Shown here in pieces: positions 17,781 to 30,100 of a stretch of 57,380 nucleotides of DNA. Source of the DNA: a virus (lineage: Duplodnaviria; Caudoviricetes); IMG/VR virus record IMGVR_UViG_3300032330_001137, positions 1 to 57,380 of that record. The stretch is one strand, 5' to 3'. Within the stretch, counting starts at the first letter, position 1. Each line of letters opens with the position of its first letter. Position numbers and translations under genes: made by a program. The notes beneath the pieces were generated by a model that saw only the letters and a program-made list of their open reading frames with translations, was not told the origin of the DNA and did not search any database.

Positions 17781-18135
17781 TTCCGGTAACCTGATCCTTG
17801 AAACAATAGCCCGCCGTGCAGGAGTCACGGCGGGCGTTCTTTTCGAGTCGCGTAACAAAGAGATAGCAGCATGGCGGAAGATCGCCATCTACCTGCTCCG
17901 TAAATCAGGACGCACGATGGCGGAAGTCGCAGCCATCGCATCACGCGATGCCTCAACGATCAGTCGTTTGATATCGGAGATCAACGAAGTGAAGAGAAGG
18001 AAGTGGTTCCAAGACTTATCTGATTCAATAGAAGAAGAATTGGATAAGCGGTCGATCTGCATTCGGGCCAATGAATTCTGCCAGCGCATACCGATGGAGG
18101 TATACGCTCAAGCATTTGCGTCGGCGGACGATTAA
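17764..18135 (+). CDS. DnaA C-terminal-like HTH protein
   Basis: SRNKEIAAWRKIAIYLLR...MAEVAAIASRDASTI resembles DnaA domain IV. Confidence 0.65.
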   Translation: MLRNPDSGNLILETIARRAGVTAGVLFESRNKEIAAWRKIAIYLLRKSGRTMAEVAAIASRDASTISRLISEINEVKRRKWFQDLSDSIEEELDKRSICIRANEFCQRIPMEVYAQAFASADD

Positions 18136-21100
18136 GGTTCGATCATTATGTAGCGGCTGTACTTCTTCAACTCGTCGTCGGCGATCAACAGTCGGTCCAT
18201 CCCCTGTTCGTTCGTAGGATCAGCGAGCCTACTTTGGAAGTCAGGCGAAAGCACGGGCCGATCCATTAGCTTGTTGAACAACAAGCGGGATCGGTCTTTG
18301 CCGTAGCCCATGTTCTTGCTCGTCATAATGCTGTAGATGTCTTGTGGCTTTAGGCCCAAGCCTTCATAGCCGCGCATCTTGCGGTAGATGTCTTCGTTCA
18401 TCGCGGCTTTGTCATAGACTTCAGACTTGATGATGTCGCGGACCGCAGCCTCATCGATTGGTTTCTTGCTGAACAGCACGTTCTTCCGTTCGTTGATGCG
18501 GTTGTAGACATCACGTGTCTCCGACAGATAGCGGCGGAGTTGCTTGTCCAGTTCGATATCATGTCGCTTAACAGGATAGAATTCCTGCATCAGGATTCCT
18601 GCTGGCGAATTGTCAAAATCTGTGTAGTCAGATCCGACAGCCTGATAAGCTTTGATGATGCGGTTCGCTGCGCTTGGCATATACGCTTGGCGGAACACGT
18701 GAGACATCGACTTGAGAACAACCGCTCCTGCTGAATCGATCTTCGGCTCATAGATCGGCTTGTCCGTGGACGGGTCACGGTTATCGCGCAGCGATTGGAT
18801 CGCGGACGAGAAGATCTGATCGTCGAGATACTGATCAAAGATCGCTGTCTCGACAAACTTAGCCGCCGCCTTTGCCGGATCTCCGCGAAGGAGATGCTCC
18901 ATTGAACGCATCGTCGGATCTGATACCAACGAATACGGATTGAGGAACGTGAAGTCCCACGATTGCAGCTGGCCGTTATCATCGCGGCGATAGAAGAACG
19001 TGTGGTTCCTTAAGTAAGATGGAAGCGAAGCGCGTAGTGCCTCATCCTCATCGTCTCCGATGCCGACCAATGCGCGGATCACGGCAGGCACAACCATCGA
19101 AACGCCGCCGATCACGAAGGTCATGCCTGCGAAACGCTTCTGTCCGCGTGCCGCGATCACGCTGTTGCCGCTCTTCATCTCGTCGAACGCGAGCTTGTAA
19201 GTATTGAGAACGATGCGCGGAACTTCCGCTTTGAATCGGAGGAACGGCGAGAACAGTAGGCCGATGCCAGACTTCGTGATCTCTTTGACGATTGGCGGTG
19301 CTTGGCTCGCCGACTGCGCCGTCATCAGGACTTTCCGCGCAGCTTCACGCTTCAGATCATAGTCGCTCATCGTCGCGAACTTACCGCCGCCCGCACCTCT
19401 CGCGCTGTTAAGCACTTTGAGTTCGTTCTCATAGTAGGCGATCTTGTAGAAGGCATCAGCGGCAGACGCTAGCTGCTGTGCCTTATCCGTCATCCATGTG
19501 AGTGGCTTCGTTCCCGCGTGCCCGATCTTGATCAGCTTGTCCAGCTGGCTTTCAATAGACTGGATCGTGGTAGTCCCGCGCAGGAGATCCGCCATAACAG
19601 TGGATTGGGTTTCATTTCCAATGACGCCCAACGATATGAGTTCGGTGCGATATGCTTCGATTCGATTCGGGTCAGTGAGCGAAGACCAGATCTCGTTGCG
19701 AGCGGACTCAGCCATCGATCCGATATTGAAGAATCCCTGAGAAGGACCGAAGAACGCCATGTTGCTGACGACGTTGCGGATGTAGAATCCAACTGATCCT
19801 AACGTCTTCGCAGCCATCGCTCCGCCTGTAAGCTTCGCAAACAGATTGGTTGTCTTTGCGACTAAGTCCTGAGCCGTGTCCATGTTCTGCTTACGCGCTT
19901 CAGAGGAGAACACTTTGTTCAGACCATCGACCAGTTCCGGTGGTCCGAAGAGATCGCCCAACGGATCGTAGGCTGATGCTTCTTTGTTCGACCGGATCAT
20001 GCCGTAGTTCTTATAGGTATCGTAGTCGGACACCATCTTGTCATCCAACTCTTTTCGGGTCAGCAACCATCCGCCTTCAACACCGATGGTCTTAACGTGT
20101 TGGAGGAAGGATTGATTAGCCGCCATCGACGAGACCGTTACGAACGAGCGAAGCAGGTTATCGGCTCCAGATTCGGGACCATACTCTCCCAAGATGTTGC
20201 GGAGTTCTACCGGAATATCTTTCTTCTGCTTAATGTTCTTCTGGAGGATGCGGAACGATTCCGACATCGTTGATCCCGCTGAACCGGAGAGACCCTTCTT
20301 CTCGTATTGCGAGATGAATTCCTCTAGCGCGTTCTCCGCAACAGACCGTCCGTTACTGGCTTTGTTTGCAAGATCGATACGGGCATTGTTCTCCGCGTCG
20401 GATTGGGTCTCGCCCGCAGCCATACGCCGTGCCGTCTCATGCTCCATGAACTGGTTCTCAAAGAACGTCATCGCCGCCTGACGCTGCGGCTCATATGATG
20501 GATCGCTCCGAACAATGTCAGCGAAGCCAACTTCGTGGAACATCTTATACGAGCGGGTTAAGTAGATGCCAAGTTGCGAATCGAATGTGGCTTGAAGCTC
20601 AGGCTTGAATCCATACAGAGAAGTAACGCGTTTAGATACTTCGTCGGTAAGCGTTCTGAGTTGAACAATGTGGCGTGCAAGTTCGGGTGATTTGTTCGCG
20701 AGATTTTCGAGCGCGGTATCCCGCAATGAGCGGATGGCGTCGGCTTGTGCCGTGCGTTCCACATCAATCGATTGCATTTTGGCATCGAGAGCAGTCCGGC
20801 GGGCCGCTGTCTTCTGCTTTGCGTTGAGCGTGTCATCGATGCTGATCGTCTCAAGTGCTGCCTGATACGTGTCTTCGATCTGATCGACGACATCCTGATT
20901 CAGGACCGTGCCGTGTGTAGATCCAATCGCTGCCGCGATGTCATCGAGCGGAGCATTCTCAAGCGAACCGAAGTCTTTCTTGATGATGCTGTCGAGCTTC
21001 GTCTTGTAGTTCTGAACGAGACTCGTCGCCGCGCTTTTGAAGAAGTCGCGGTGGTTCTTCAGAGTAGTAATGCGCGGATCGAGTTCTCCTTTGAACAAGC

Positions 21101-24100
21101 GATCAAGCACGTTCTTTGGCGAGCGATACGTTCCGACTTCAAGCATCGGCATCTCCAATGCCTGCAAGAAGTTGCTGAAGTCCATCTTGTCCGCGTCGAA
21201 GCGAGCGGGCAACTGCGAGACATCGCCGAAGGATGTTTGCAGGATGCTGTTACTCTTCTGGTTGAATCGTTGCGATAGAGGAATCACGTTTCCATTCTCA
21301 TCGCGGGTAATCGGATCTGCGGATTTAACTTTATTTGGGTCAAATATGGCAAAGCTAGTTATGTTTCCATCTCCTCTTTCACTTTCGTAGTAACCATCAA
21401 AACCAAGTTGTCGAATTAGATCTTGGGCACTACTATTTTCAAAAACGTCATAGTCAGCGGCTTGCAGTTCTGCGTCATCGATATACATCAATTTACGCAA
21501 CGCAGACCTGTGATCTTGCACTCGCGGGTCGAAGAGATTGTTACTGCCAAACACTCCCAAAATAATAGGTTCAGTTGATTCTGAATCCAACTGATCACCC
21601 TCTCGATCAACAATATGCCTAACATTTTTGGCTTGAGCTTCAGCAAAATCTTTTGCCATTTCTGGGCGAAGAGCAACATGCATTGCTACACCTCTATGTC
21701 CTCGGGGAATCGTGAATTTATATGCTGTTCCATGCCACCCTTTTATGGTGTACCCCGCAGCCTTCGCCGCTGCATCCACCATCTGCTGCATCTTTGCAGT
21801 GTCGCCAGCATCAACGGCTTTCAGATACTCAGCGTCTGACTGACGTGAGACATCGCCGAAGGATGTTTGCAGTGTGCCTGCATTAGGCATGGATTGCTTG
21901 TTGGATGCTGGAGGTATAGACTTAACGGCTGCCTGCTGCGCCGCCATTGCCTCATCATAGGTGGCATAAAGCGGAACTTGGTCGCGAATTGCATCGTAGC
22001 CTTCTGTCCCGATCTCTGGAAGACCTGACTTGCCAGTTGGGTCTTTGACCATTAGCACGACGTCTGGCTTGCCTGCTAGATCATAAGGCCAATTTGGAGG
22101 TGCGTAGTCTGAGTTAAATGCAATCCTCGCGACTGGGCGGAATCCAATTTTGGAATACAGGTTTGGAAGGAACCCGTTGACGTCATACGCATCCAGCGTT
22201 GTTGCGTAATTTGCCGCTTCTTTAAGAATTGGTAGTATCTTCTCCTTGCTCGATGGGTGCTTGAACACGCTGACAAGGTCACCATACGAAGTCACTGCAA
22301 CTCCAGTCAAGTCATCGGGGGCGAGGAAGAGTCTGGTTCCGCTGTCGTTGTAGAAGGAGGCATCTTTGACCTCAACTGCTGCACCCATTGGGTGGTCGGA
22401 TGCAGTTCTTCCAATTCCTTCAAGAAATTTTCGTCCGACATCAGGCTCATTCCTGATGCTGCGTTCATAAACGCTTGTTGCGGTGTTTTCTTTTTCGTTT
22501 CCATTTGGTAATGTTTTGAAATTTGTTTCTAGCGTGTCGCCGAAGGACGTTCCTACAGAGACATTAGTTTGTCCAGCAGCTGTTCCAACTGCGCGTCCGT
22601 CATCCCCTCCGCTATTTCGTGCGGCTCTATCGGTTCGGATGGACTCTGCGATTGAGAGAGCGTCGTCTCCGAGCCCTCGTTGTTTTGCGATGGTGATGAA
22701 TTCTTCGTCATAGGATGATTTGAGGTTACTCTCTGGCTTGCCCGTAAGCAGTGCCCAGAGATCTTTTTCGGGATACCAAAGGATAGCTTGGATGTCCGCA
22801 TTGGTTGTAGTGTAGCCTAGAGCTTTCAGTTGTAAACGACTATTGTTCACGATCTCTGTGATCACGCGTCGGTCTTGATCAGATGGTGCATCGATGGGGT
22901 TGAGCTTCGATTTGATAACGTTCGCTGCATTGGCCCACGCTGGCTTGATTGCAGAGACTTCTTTGTTGGTGAGGACGATATCCCTGCCTGCTTTGGCGAA
23001 CTTCAAGAGTCTCCAATCAGCAATCGGAATTTGTGGGAGCTTGTTGCTCTCAGCTAGCTTATCAAATTTGATTGGCAACTCGTTAAGTCGGGCATTGCGC
23101 TCCGCTTCTGAGAGTTTGTTTTTCCTAGCGTCTGCGTTGATGCTCTTCGTTTTGTTGCCAATCCATACTTCCCTGCTGATGGAAGGGAGTGACTTGCTGG
23201 TTGAGAGAATCTTATAGTCGGCGTTGATTTTCTCGATGAACGCGTCCGTCGATGCAATATACTTACCGATGGACAGTTCACCGGACAGCATGGCGTCATA
23301 CAACTTTTTGTTCAGCGGTAAGCTCAACAACTTGAATTGACGTTGCCATTCGGCATCGAGTTTAGTTGCCGTCTCATTGCATAGCTCTCTAAACTTGAAA
23401 TCATTTTCGAGTTTAGCGGCGGCAGTGTGATGCACTGTCATTTTAACCACGCCATCCTTTTCGATTAGCTTGCCTTTAGAGTTTAGCGCAGGTACGAACC
23501 TAATCTTTTTAAGTTCGTCTGGCAGGGCTACCTTTGCGGCCTTTGCCCCGAGAATAAGATTGGTGAGTCTTTCTTCGGTGACTCCATCTCCCACTACGTC
23601 GCCAGTCCAGCGACCCCATGTGCGGCGCATCCATAGATCGACAGTGACAGGAGTGAAGTTTGACATCAGGTTCTGCAAAAAGCCCTGTCCGATCTTTGGT
23701 CCGAAGATTGCGGCTCCGTTCACTTTGTCTTTTTTCGCTCCGGTGACAGATACTTTCTTGCCACGGATATCGCTCGCGATTGTCGATAGATCTTTAATGG
23801 TAAATTCTTTCTTAACAAAATCTTCCGATTTGGCGTAGCCATATTTTGCAACTAGCAAGTTTGCCAGATTGAGGTTGCTCTTAATGGCGTCCGCTTTTGA
23901 TCCGTAGCTTCTCGTATTGTCGAACTTACCGTTAAGCTTTAACAATGTGAACTGTTCTTCAGCGTATCTAGTATTCTGTTCTACGTTGATATTCTGCGAC
24001 GTGATCGCCAACGCCATTCGCATTGCAAATCTTGCAGCTTGAACAGGATCTTCCGAAGCTGCAAAGGCAGGAACTGCTCTTGCCGCATCGACATTGGATA

Positions 24101-27100
24101 GCTCAGGGTGGAGGACGGAAGCGACACCCATCGCAACTTCGATGGCAGTGGAATACCAATCAGCTGCGTTCTTTCCGCTGGCATTCAATGCGGCGATGAC
24201 TTCTTCGGTGCAGTTCTGAGTCAGGATTGCCTTTTGTTCTGGCGTAATGTTCTTGCTGGTAACAAGACCACCCCAATACTCTGCTGCCATCTCCGCCAGT
24301 TGATTAGCTACGACTTTGTTGGTAGCCTTTGTCGGGGACATCGCGGCTCCGTGTAGAAGATTGAGAGCCGACATCGGGAACGAAGAGCGGGTAAGCTCTG
24401 CTTCGACATCGCCGAACGATGTTCCTAACTGATTTTCAAACATTCCAACTACGTCGGACGGATTCTCTGGATTGAAACGCATCGCGTTCGGAGCCAGTCG
24501 ATAGCCTGCTTGGAGCGCACGCATCTCTGTGACGATACGGGCGACGGCCACACGTTCGTCGGTAGACATTGCAAGAAATGTTTTTCCACGAACGAACGAT
24601 GCAACATTGTTATTGATGTTGGTAGTGCCGCCGAACATGGAGTTGATCATGTTCTTGAAGTAGCGTCCAAGAATCTTTAACGTGCTTGGGTTGGTTCTCC
24701 AGAAGGCATAGTCCTCTTCGGTCGTAGTTCCGCGAGTCACTTTCTGTGAGAGCATCCGCAACCGTTCTTCGGTAAGACGGAGTTTCTCTGCTCCAGAAAC
24801 ATTAGGATCTTCACTACGAAGTCTTTCGAGAGCAGCCGCACGGTTAGCTTCGTTGCCGTAGTATGCGTTGGCAATCTCTTCAAAGTCCGAATCCTTTTTG
24901 GAATCCACGATGGTAGCAACCTCAGATTCCGTAAGCGAGTTGAACGATGCGACGTGGCGCATTTCTTCGTCAATCATCGTTTTGATGGCAAGACTCGCTT
25001 GCGACGGAGTCTTACCGTTGATAAGTGCGGCGATGCTCTGCGGGTTGACAAACAGCTCTCCCGTCTGGAGATCGACTTCCGCCATCGGGACAGTGCTATC
25101 CCATTGGAGTTTAATTTCTTTAGGGACCAGCTTGCGGATGAGCAACATCGAACGCTTCATCGAAGCGACCATCGAGCGGTTCGTGTCGGTCGTTGGATCG
25201 AAGGGGAGAGTTTTAGGATCTGCTTGATCCATCAAGTCAGAGACTTCCGCTTCGTCAGCGGCTTTCACTGCGGCTGCTTTGGCTTCAGCGGCGGCAGATT
25301 CTTCATCGACAGATATTGTCCCATCGCCCGCAACCGATCCGAACGAACTGCCGACCCGCTTCGCGATGCCGAGTATCTCGCTCGACTTCACAGCGAGCTT
25401 GTTGATCAGACTGCGGGAAGTAAGCGGAGCGGAGTGGATAGCCGAACGTGTGAGATCGACCACATCCGTGAACGCTTGTTGGTAAACGGACTGAGTCGAT
25501 TTGCCCAACCCGAACACATCGAGAAGTGCATCGATAACGCGAGCAAAGAACCCACGTTGTTTAGCTGGAGGCGAGAGCGTCTTAACCAGATTCTGGAAGT
25601 CGGTTGACGTAAAGAAGTGAGTAACAAATTCGTTAAGATCAACCAGACCATCCGTCAGCATCGGTGAGTCGATACCGTTTGAGGCAGCGGAATCACGAAC
25701 CAGATTCAGGATTCCGTTCAGGCGTTGAATGGCGGCACGTTGATCTTCCGTTTGGAGTTCGACCGGAGCCGATATGACTTTGTTCACGAACGCGTGCAGG
25801 TATTCATGCAGCAGTGCATCAGATAACCCTCTGCCGTTGTAGCCATCCAAGTTCAACGATACCGCTGAAGTGCCATCTGCCATCAGCGTATACTGACCAG
25901 CGTATGGCAAGCTGACTTCGTCGATTGAGAACGTGACTTGCCGGATGAACGATTGGTTCTCAAGCAGGAGTCTAGCCAGAAGTTTCTTGTTCGGGTCAGC
26001 TTCAGTTGAAGCGATGATCCTAAGCGCGTTGATGACCGACTGCGGGTCTCCGTTCTTAAGACCCAAGCGTGCGACATCAGCTTCGTTAAGATTGCGTGCG
26101 AATTCAATCTGTTCTCCGCGCACGTAAGAGCGCGACCACAGACGTGTAGCGACATTGCCGATTGACTTGGCAAATTCTTTTGCTTGCCGTTCGGTAACCT
26201 TTACCCCACTGCCAGACGAAAGGTTTCTGGCGAGTTCTTTGATATACTCAGGATCTTGGTCGATGCTGCCTGTGACCGATTTAGATGCGATATGCATCAG
26301 CTTCAACGCATCACGAAGAGCCATGCCGTTCTCGTAGTCACCGTTCTCTAAGCCTCTTTGGAATCCGATAGCTTCAGGATTGGTAGCGTAATTTCCGGCA
26401 GACATCCACTGAGCCAGTTGGCTGAATGCGTCTTGGGCGGTCAAGCCGCTGACATCAAACGCGCTGTTGCCTTTATACAAAGTGCTACGCAACAGTTTAT
26501 TCAATGCTGTCCTCAGTTCAGGATCGCTATCGATTGAATCAACAGCATCAGCCGCAGTCCGCTCCATCAATCCTTTGGTAAGTTGCGACGTCGGGCTGAA
26601 AAGATCTTTGTCTGGAGCGATGTGGTCATCAGATACTTCCGACATCGGATCGTATGCTTCATCAGCTTGGAGCTTTGCCACATCTTCCGGTGACGTAGTC
26701 TGGAATATAGCTCTGCGTGCGAATAAGTTTCTGCTCCGTTGTTGTTCGGCATACATGTTTCCAACTTTTGCTCCGACAGAACGAAACGTCGGAGCGACTT
26801 CTGGAGCAGTGAGGATATGATCTTCGATGAAGTTGGCGATAACGAGATCAGGATTAGACTCAGGATTGATGTCGCTTCCATAGGTTTGCTGAAGCCTTTT
26901 CGCTACGGAAACTTTTTGGTTAGCTCCTTCTGGTCTGGTGAGTCCAACGAATTGATCGATTGCCGCGTTAACTTTATCTGGCTTAAGCGATGGGAATGCT
27001 TCTCCAGAAACACGTTCGGAGAATTTATCGAACGACAGACGCATGGAATGAAGCCGCAGCGCACGGCGATATGCTAGATCGAAGGCTATAGATGCGGTCT

Positions 27101-30100
27101 CTGCGAAATCATCAGTAAGGTTTCCGACTTTCGGTTTGATAGCATTGTCGATGATCGCTTTGGCTGCTGGCTGGCTAAGTTTACCAGCAGATCCTATCCC
27201 AACCGATTTGTTTCGGATGTTAGTAACTCTGGTAAATACTTCATTGAGGGTTACTTTGACATTCGCATTCTCAGGATCGGGGATTACTTGCTCGCCCGCT
27301 ATTTTGTTGTTGAACAAGTTTTCGAAGTCACTGACTTTCTGAATGAAATCATAGTTTGGCTCTTCGCTCAACACGGTATCCTGACGCGTCAGCGCAGACA
27401 CGAATCCCGATCCGGTTTCGGGATTGACTTTAACGATGTCCGTAAGAGTATGTTCATTTCCGAGTTTACTGTAGCGGAACGAAGGATTGATGGTGCTGAG
27501 ATCGAAGTCTTCTGGAATGATGACTGGATGATTATTCTCCAGCAGTGCCTTCATCGTGAGCGGATTGTTATCGAACACGCCGACTCCATTCTCGTTGATG
27601 TAACCTTTAGGCTGAGCGCGACTTACTGTATTTGATTTTGGATTGAATACGGTTGTCTTACTTCCAGATACGGGAGTCCAGTTTTTCTGGACACTCAACT
27701 CAATCGGCTTGTAGATCTGAGCGATCTTCTTGTTGATCAGATCCGACTTGCCGCTCAGATATCCCTTATCGTAACTAGCACGCTTCGGATAGCCGTACAG
27801 TTCCTTTGCTTGGAGGCGAACGGGAAAGCCGAATCCGATCAGGCGTTGGAGCGTGGAGATCTCTTGTCCAGTAAGTTCATCATCCACGAATGTCTCTTCG
27901 TCGAATGTCTCTGGAACTTCAACACCAACAGGAGCGGCTGGCTTCTTAGCTTTAGTTGGCTTCTTAGCTACAACTTCTTTCGGATTTTTGCCAGCGACGA
28001 TTGCTTGAGCAGCAGCGGCTACGGGAATCGGAATGGACGTAACAACGGCCTCAGCATCTGCTTCGGCGGCATCTTCAAACTTGTCTGAGGAACCAGCGTG
28101 ATTGCTTTGCTCTTCGATATCGGCTTCTGGGGGGAAGAGATCAAGCTGTTCGGCAAGCGAAGTCTTAGTCTGTTGTTTAACACTACGCCTAACACGCGGG
28201 ACTTTCACTGGTGGCGCACCGCCGACCGATAGCTGAAGTTCAAGCTGCCCCATTGGAGCTTCGCTTGCTTGTTTGAGAGCAGCATTTTTTGCTTCGATTT
28301 GTTGGACGACCGGACTAGCTCCTCCTTTGGCCGCTGTCTTGCGCTTCTTTTTCGCCGCCGGATTTGGAATGGAGTCGATATCCATTCCGATTTCAGGAGC
28401 TTTATTGGGGTCAGTGGCGATGGCGGCAGCGACAGATTCTTGCGACGTATTGGCGTGCAGTGCGGCAGAGATCTTCTCCACAGCTGCAATCGTCTGAGGC
28501 ATCTTCGGCCTTTGCTTTGCAATCGCTTCTTGGTTGTTGGTCAGGTCGAGTTGTTCGATGGCAGTTTCATATTCGATGCCTTCATCATCGACATAGCTGA
28601 TCATTCTGTTTTCAGGATCGTATCCAGTTACTTTAAGCTTGTCGCCAAATCGGTCCATAAGTTCTCCGGCAGACGTGATGTCCTTCGTGAGAAGTTCATG
28701 CATCACATCGAAATCGTTGGGAGCCTTATACTCCGGTTCGGTTTCAACGGATGCGGGAGCAGGGGTTGGGGTTGCGGCAGGCGCAGCAGGCGCAGCCACA
28801 GTTGCAGGCGCAGCAGGCGCAGCAGGCGCAGCCACAGTTGCAGGCGCAGCAGGCGCAGCAGGCGCAGGCTGTGTGGCTCGCGATGCCTGCAGCACGGCTT
28901 CAGCTGCCTTTGCGCGGGTGCGGCGCGGGGCTGACAGGATTCCGTACACGGTTTCAGCAGTCAGCGGGCTACCGCTCGCTTCTAGCGAAGAGCTGACTTT
29001 CTTGGCGAAGTCAAGCTCGATTGCCGCTTGACGTTGACGCGCACTTTGTTTGAACAACGGAGCAGCTGCTGCCCGAATGGCCGGAACGCCAGAACCCATT
29101 ACACCTCCGAGAATTGCCGCACGACCCGCTTGCTCTAACCGTTGGAGGAACGGAGTGTCTTGATCCGTAGCCGCGTCTGTGATGAACCCGTTGACAAACT
29201 CATCGGTGAATTCTTCCGCGCCTTCATCGATGAATCCTTTGCCTGCATCTTTTGCTAGCGTGCTTCCGTAGTTTTTAAGGATGCCCGATACTTCTTTGGC
29301 GACAACTTTGTTAAATACGTCGTCACTGATATCGCTGACATTCGCGATACGGGCCATAACAGATTTAAGTTCACTTCTGGTAGCTCCACTTAGGAGAGCG
29401 TCCTCAAGACCGCCGTGACCGAACGCTGCGAATCCAGCGGTAAGTGCCGCAGTGACAGCACCAGCCGCGAAACCAGCTCCCAACGCACGGTCATGCCGTT
29501 CTTCTGGCGTGATGTCCTTATTGTTTTCGAGCTGAGAATAGACGTTCGCATAAGTAGCTCCGGCGGAACGGTTGAATGCTGGGATCGCCGACGCCACTGT
29601 GGTTCCGAGTGTCTTGGCTAGCCGTCCACTATAGCCGTTGATCACAGCCATTGCGCCGCTCTTGCCTGCTTCGCCCACCGACTCTTTAACCAGTCCGCTT
29701 ACGATTAGACGCTCTGCCGCTTGTTCTACGCTCTCCGTAGCCAACTTGCGGAATGCTCCGCTTGCCATCCCTTTCACCAACCCTTTAACAGTAATGCGTG
29801 CGCCGCTTTTTGCTGCGGCGTATGCAACACCACCAGCTCCTGCAGCGGGAGCCGTGCCTATTGCCAGCAACGTAGTTGCCGCCATGTCGATCAGCATAGG
29901 AGCGATTGTCTCAGCTAGATCTTGGCCCATGCCGTATTCTTTACCGAATAGGCGAGCTACTTCGCGGCGGTTTTGCTTCTCTTTGATATTGCCGATCATG
30001 TAGTTCCGCGCCCAATCCGCGCCCATCATTGCTGGAACGGCGGCGACAAGCTCGCCGAAGCCATCGAGAATGGATTCCTTGATGCCTCCCGCACGGCTCG

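Noticed and set aside
28770-28870. APAAPATVA repeat, and the (APAA)n tract at ~1440-1527
   Set aside because: Ordinary low-complexity protein linkers
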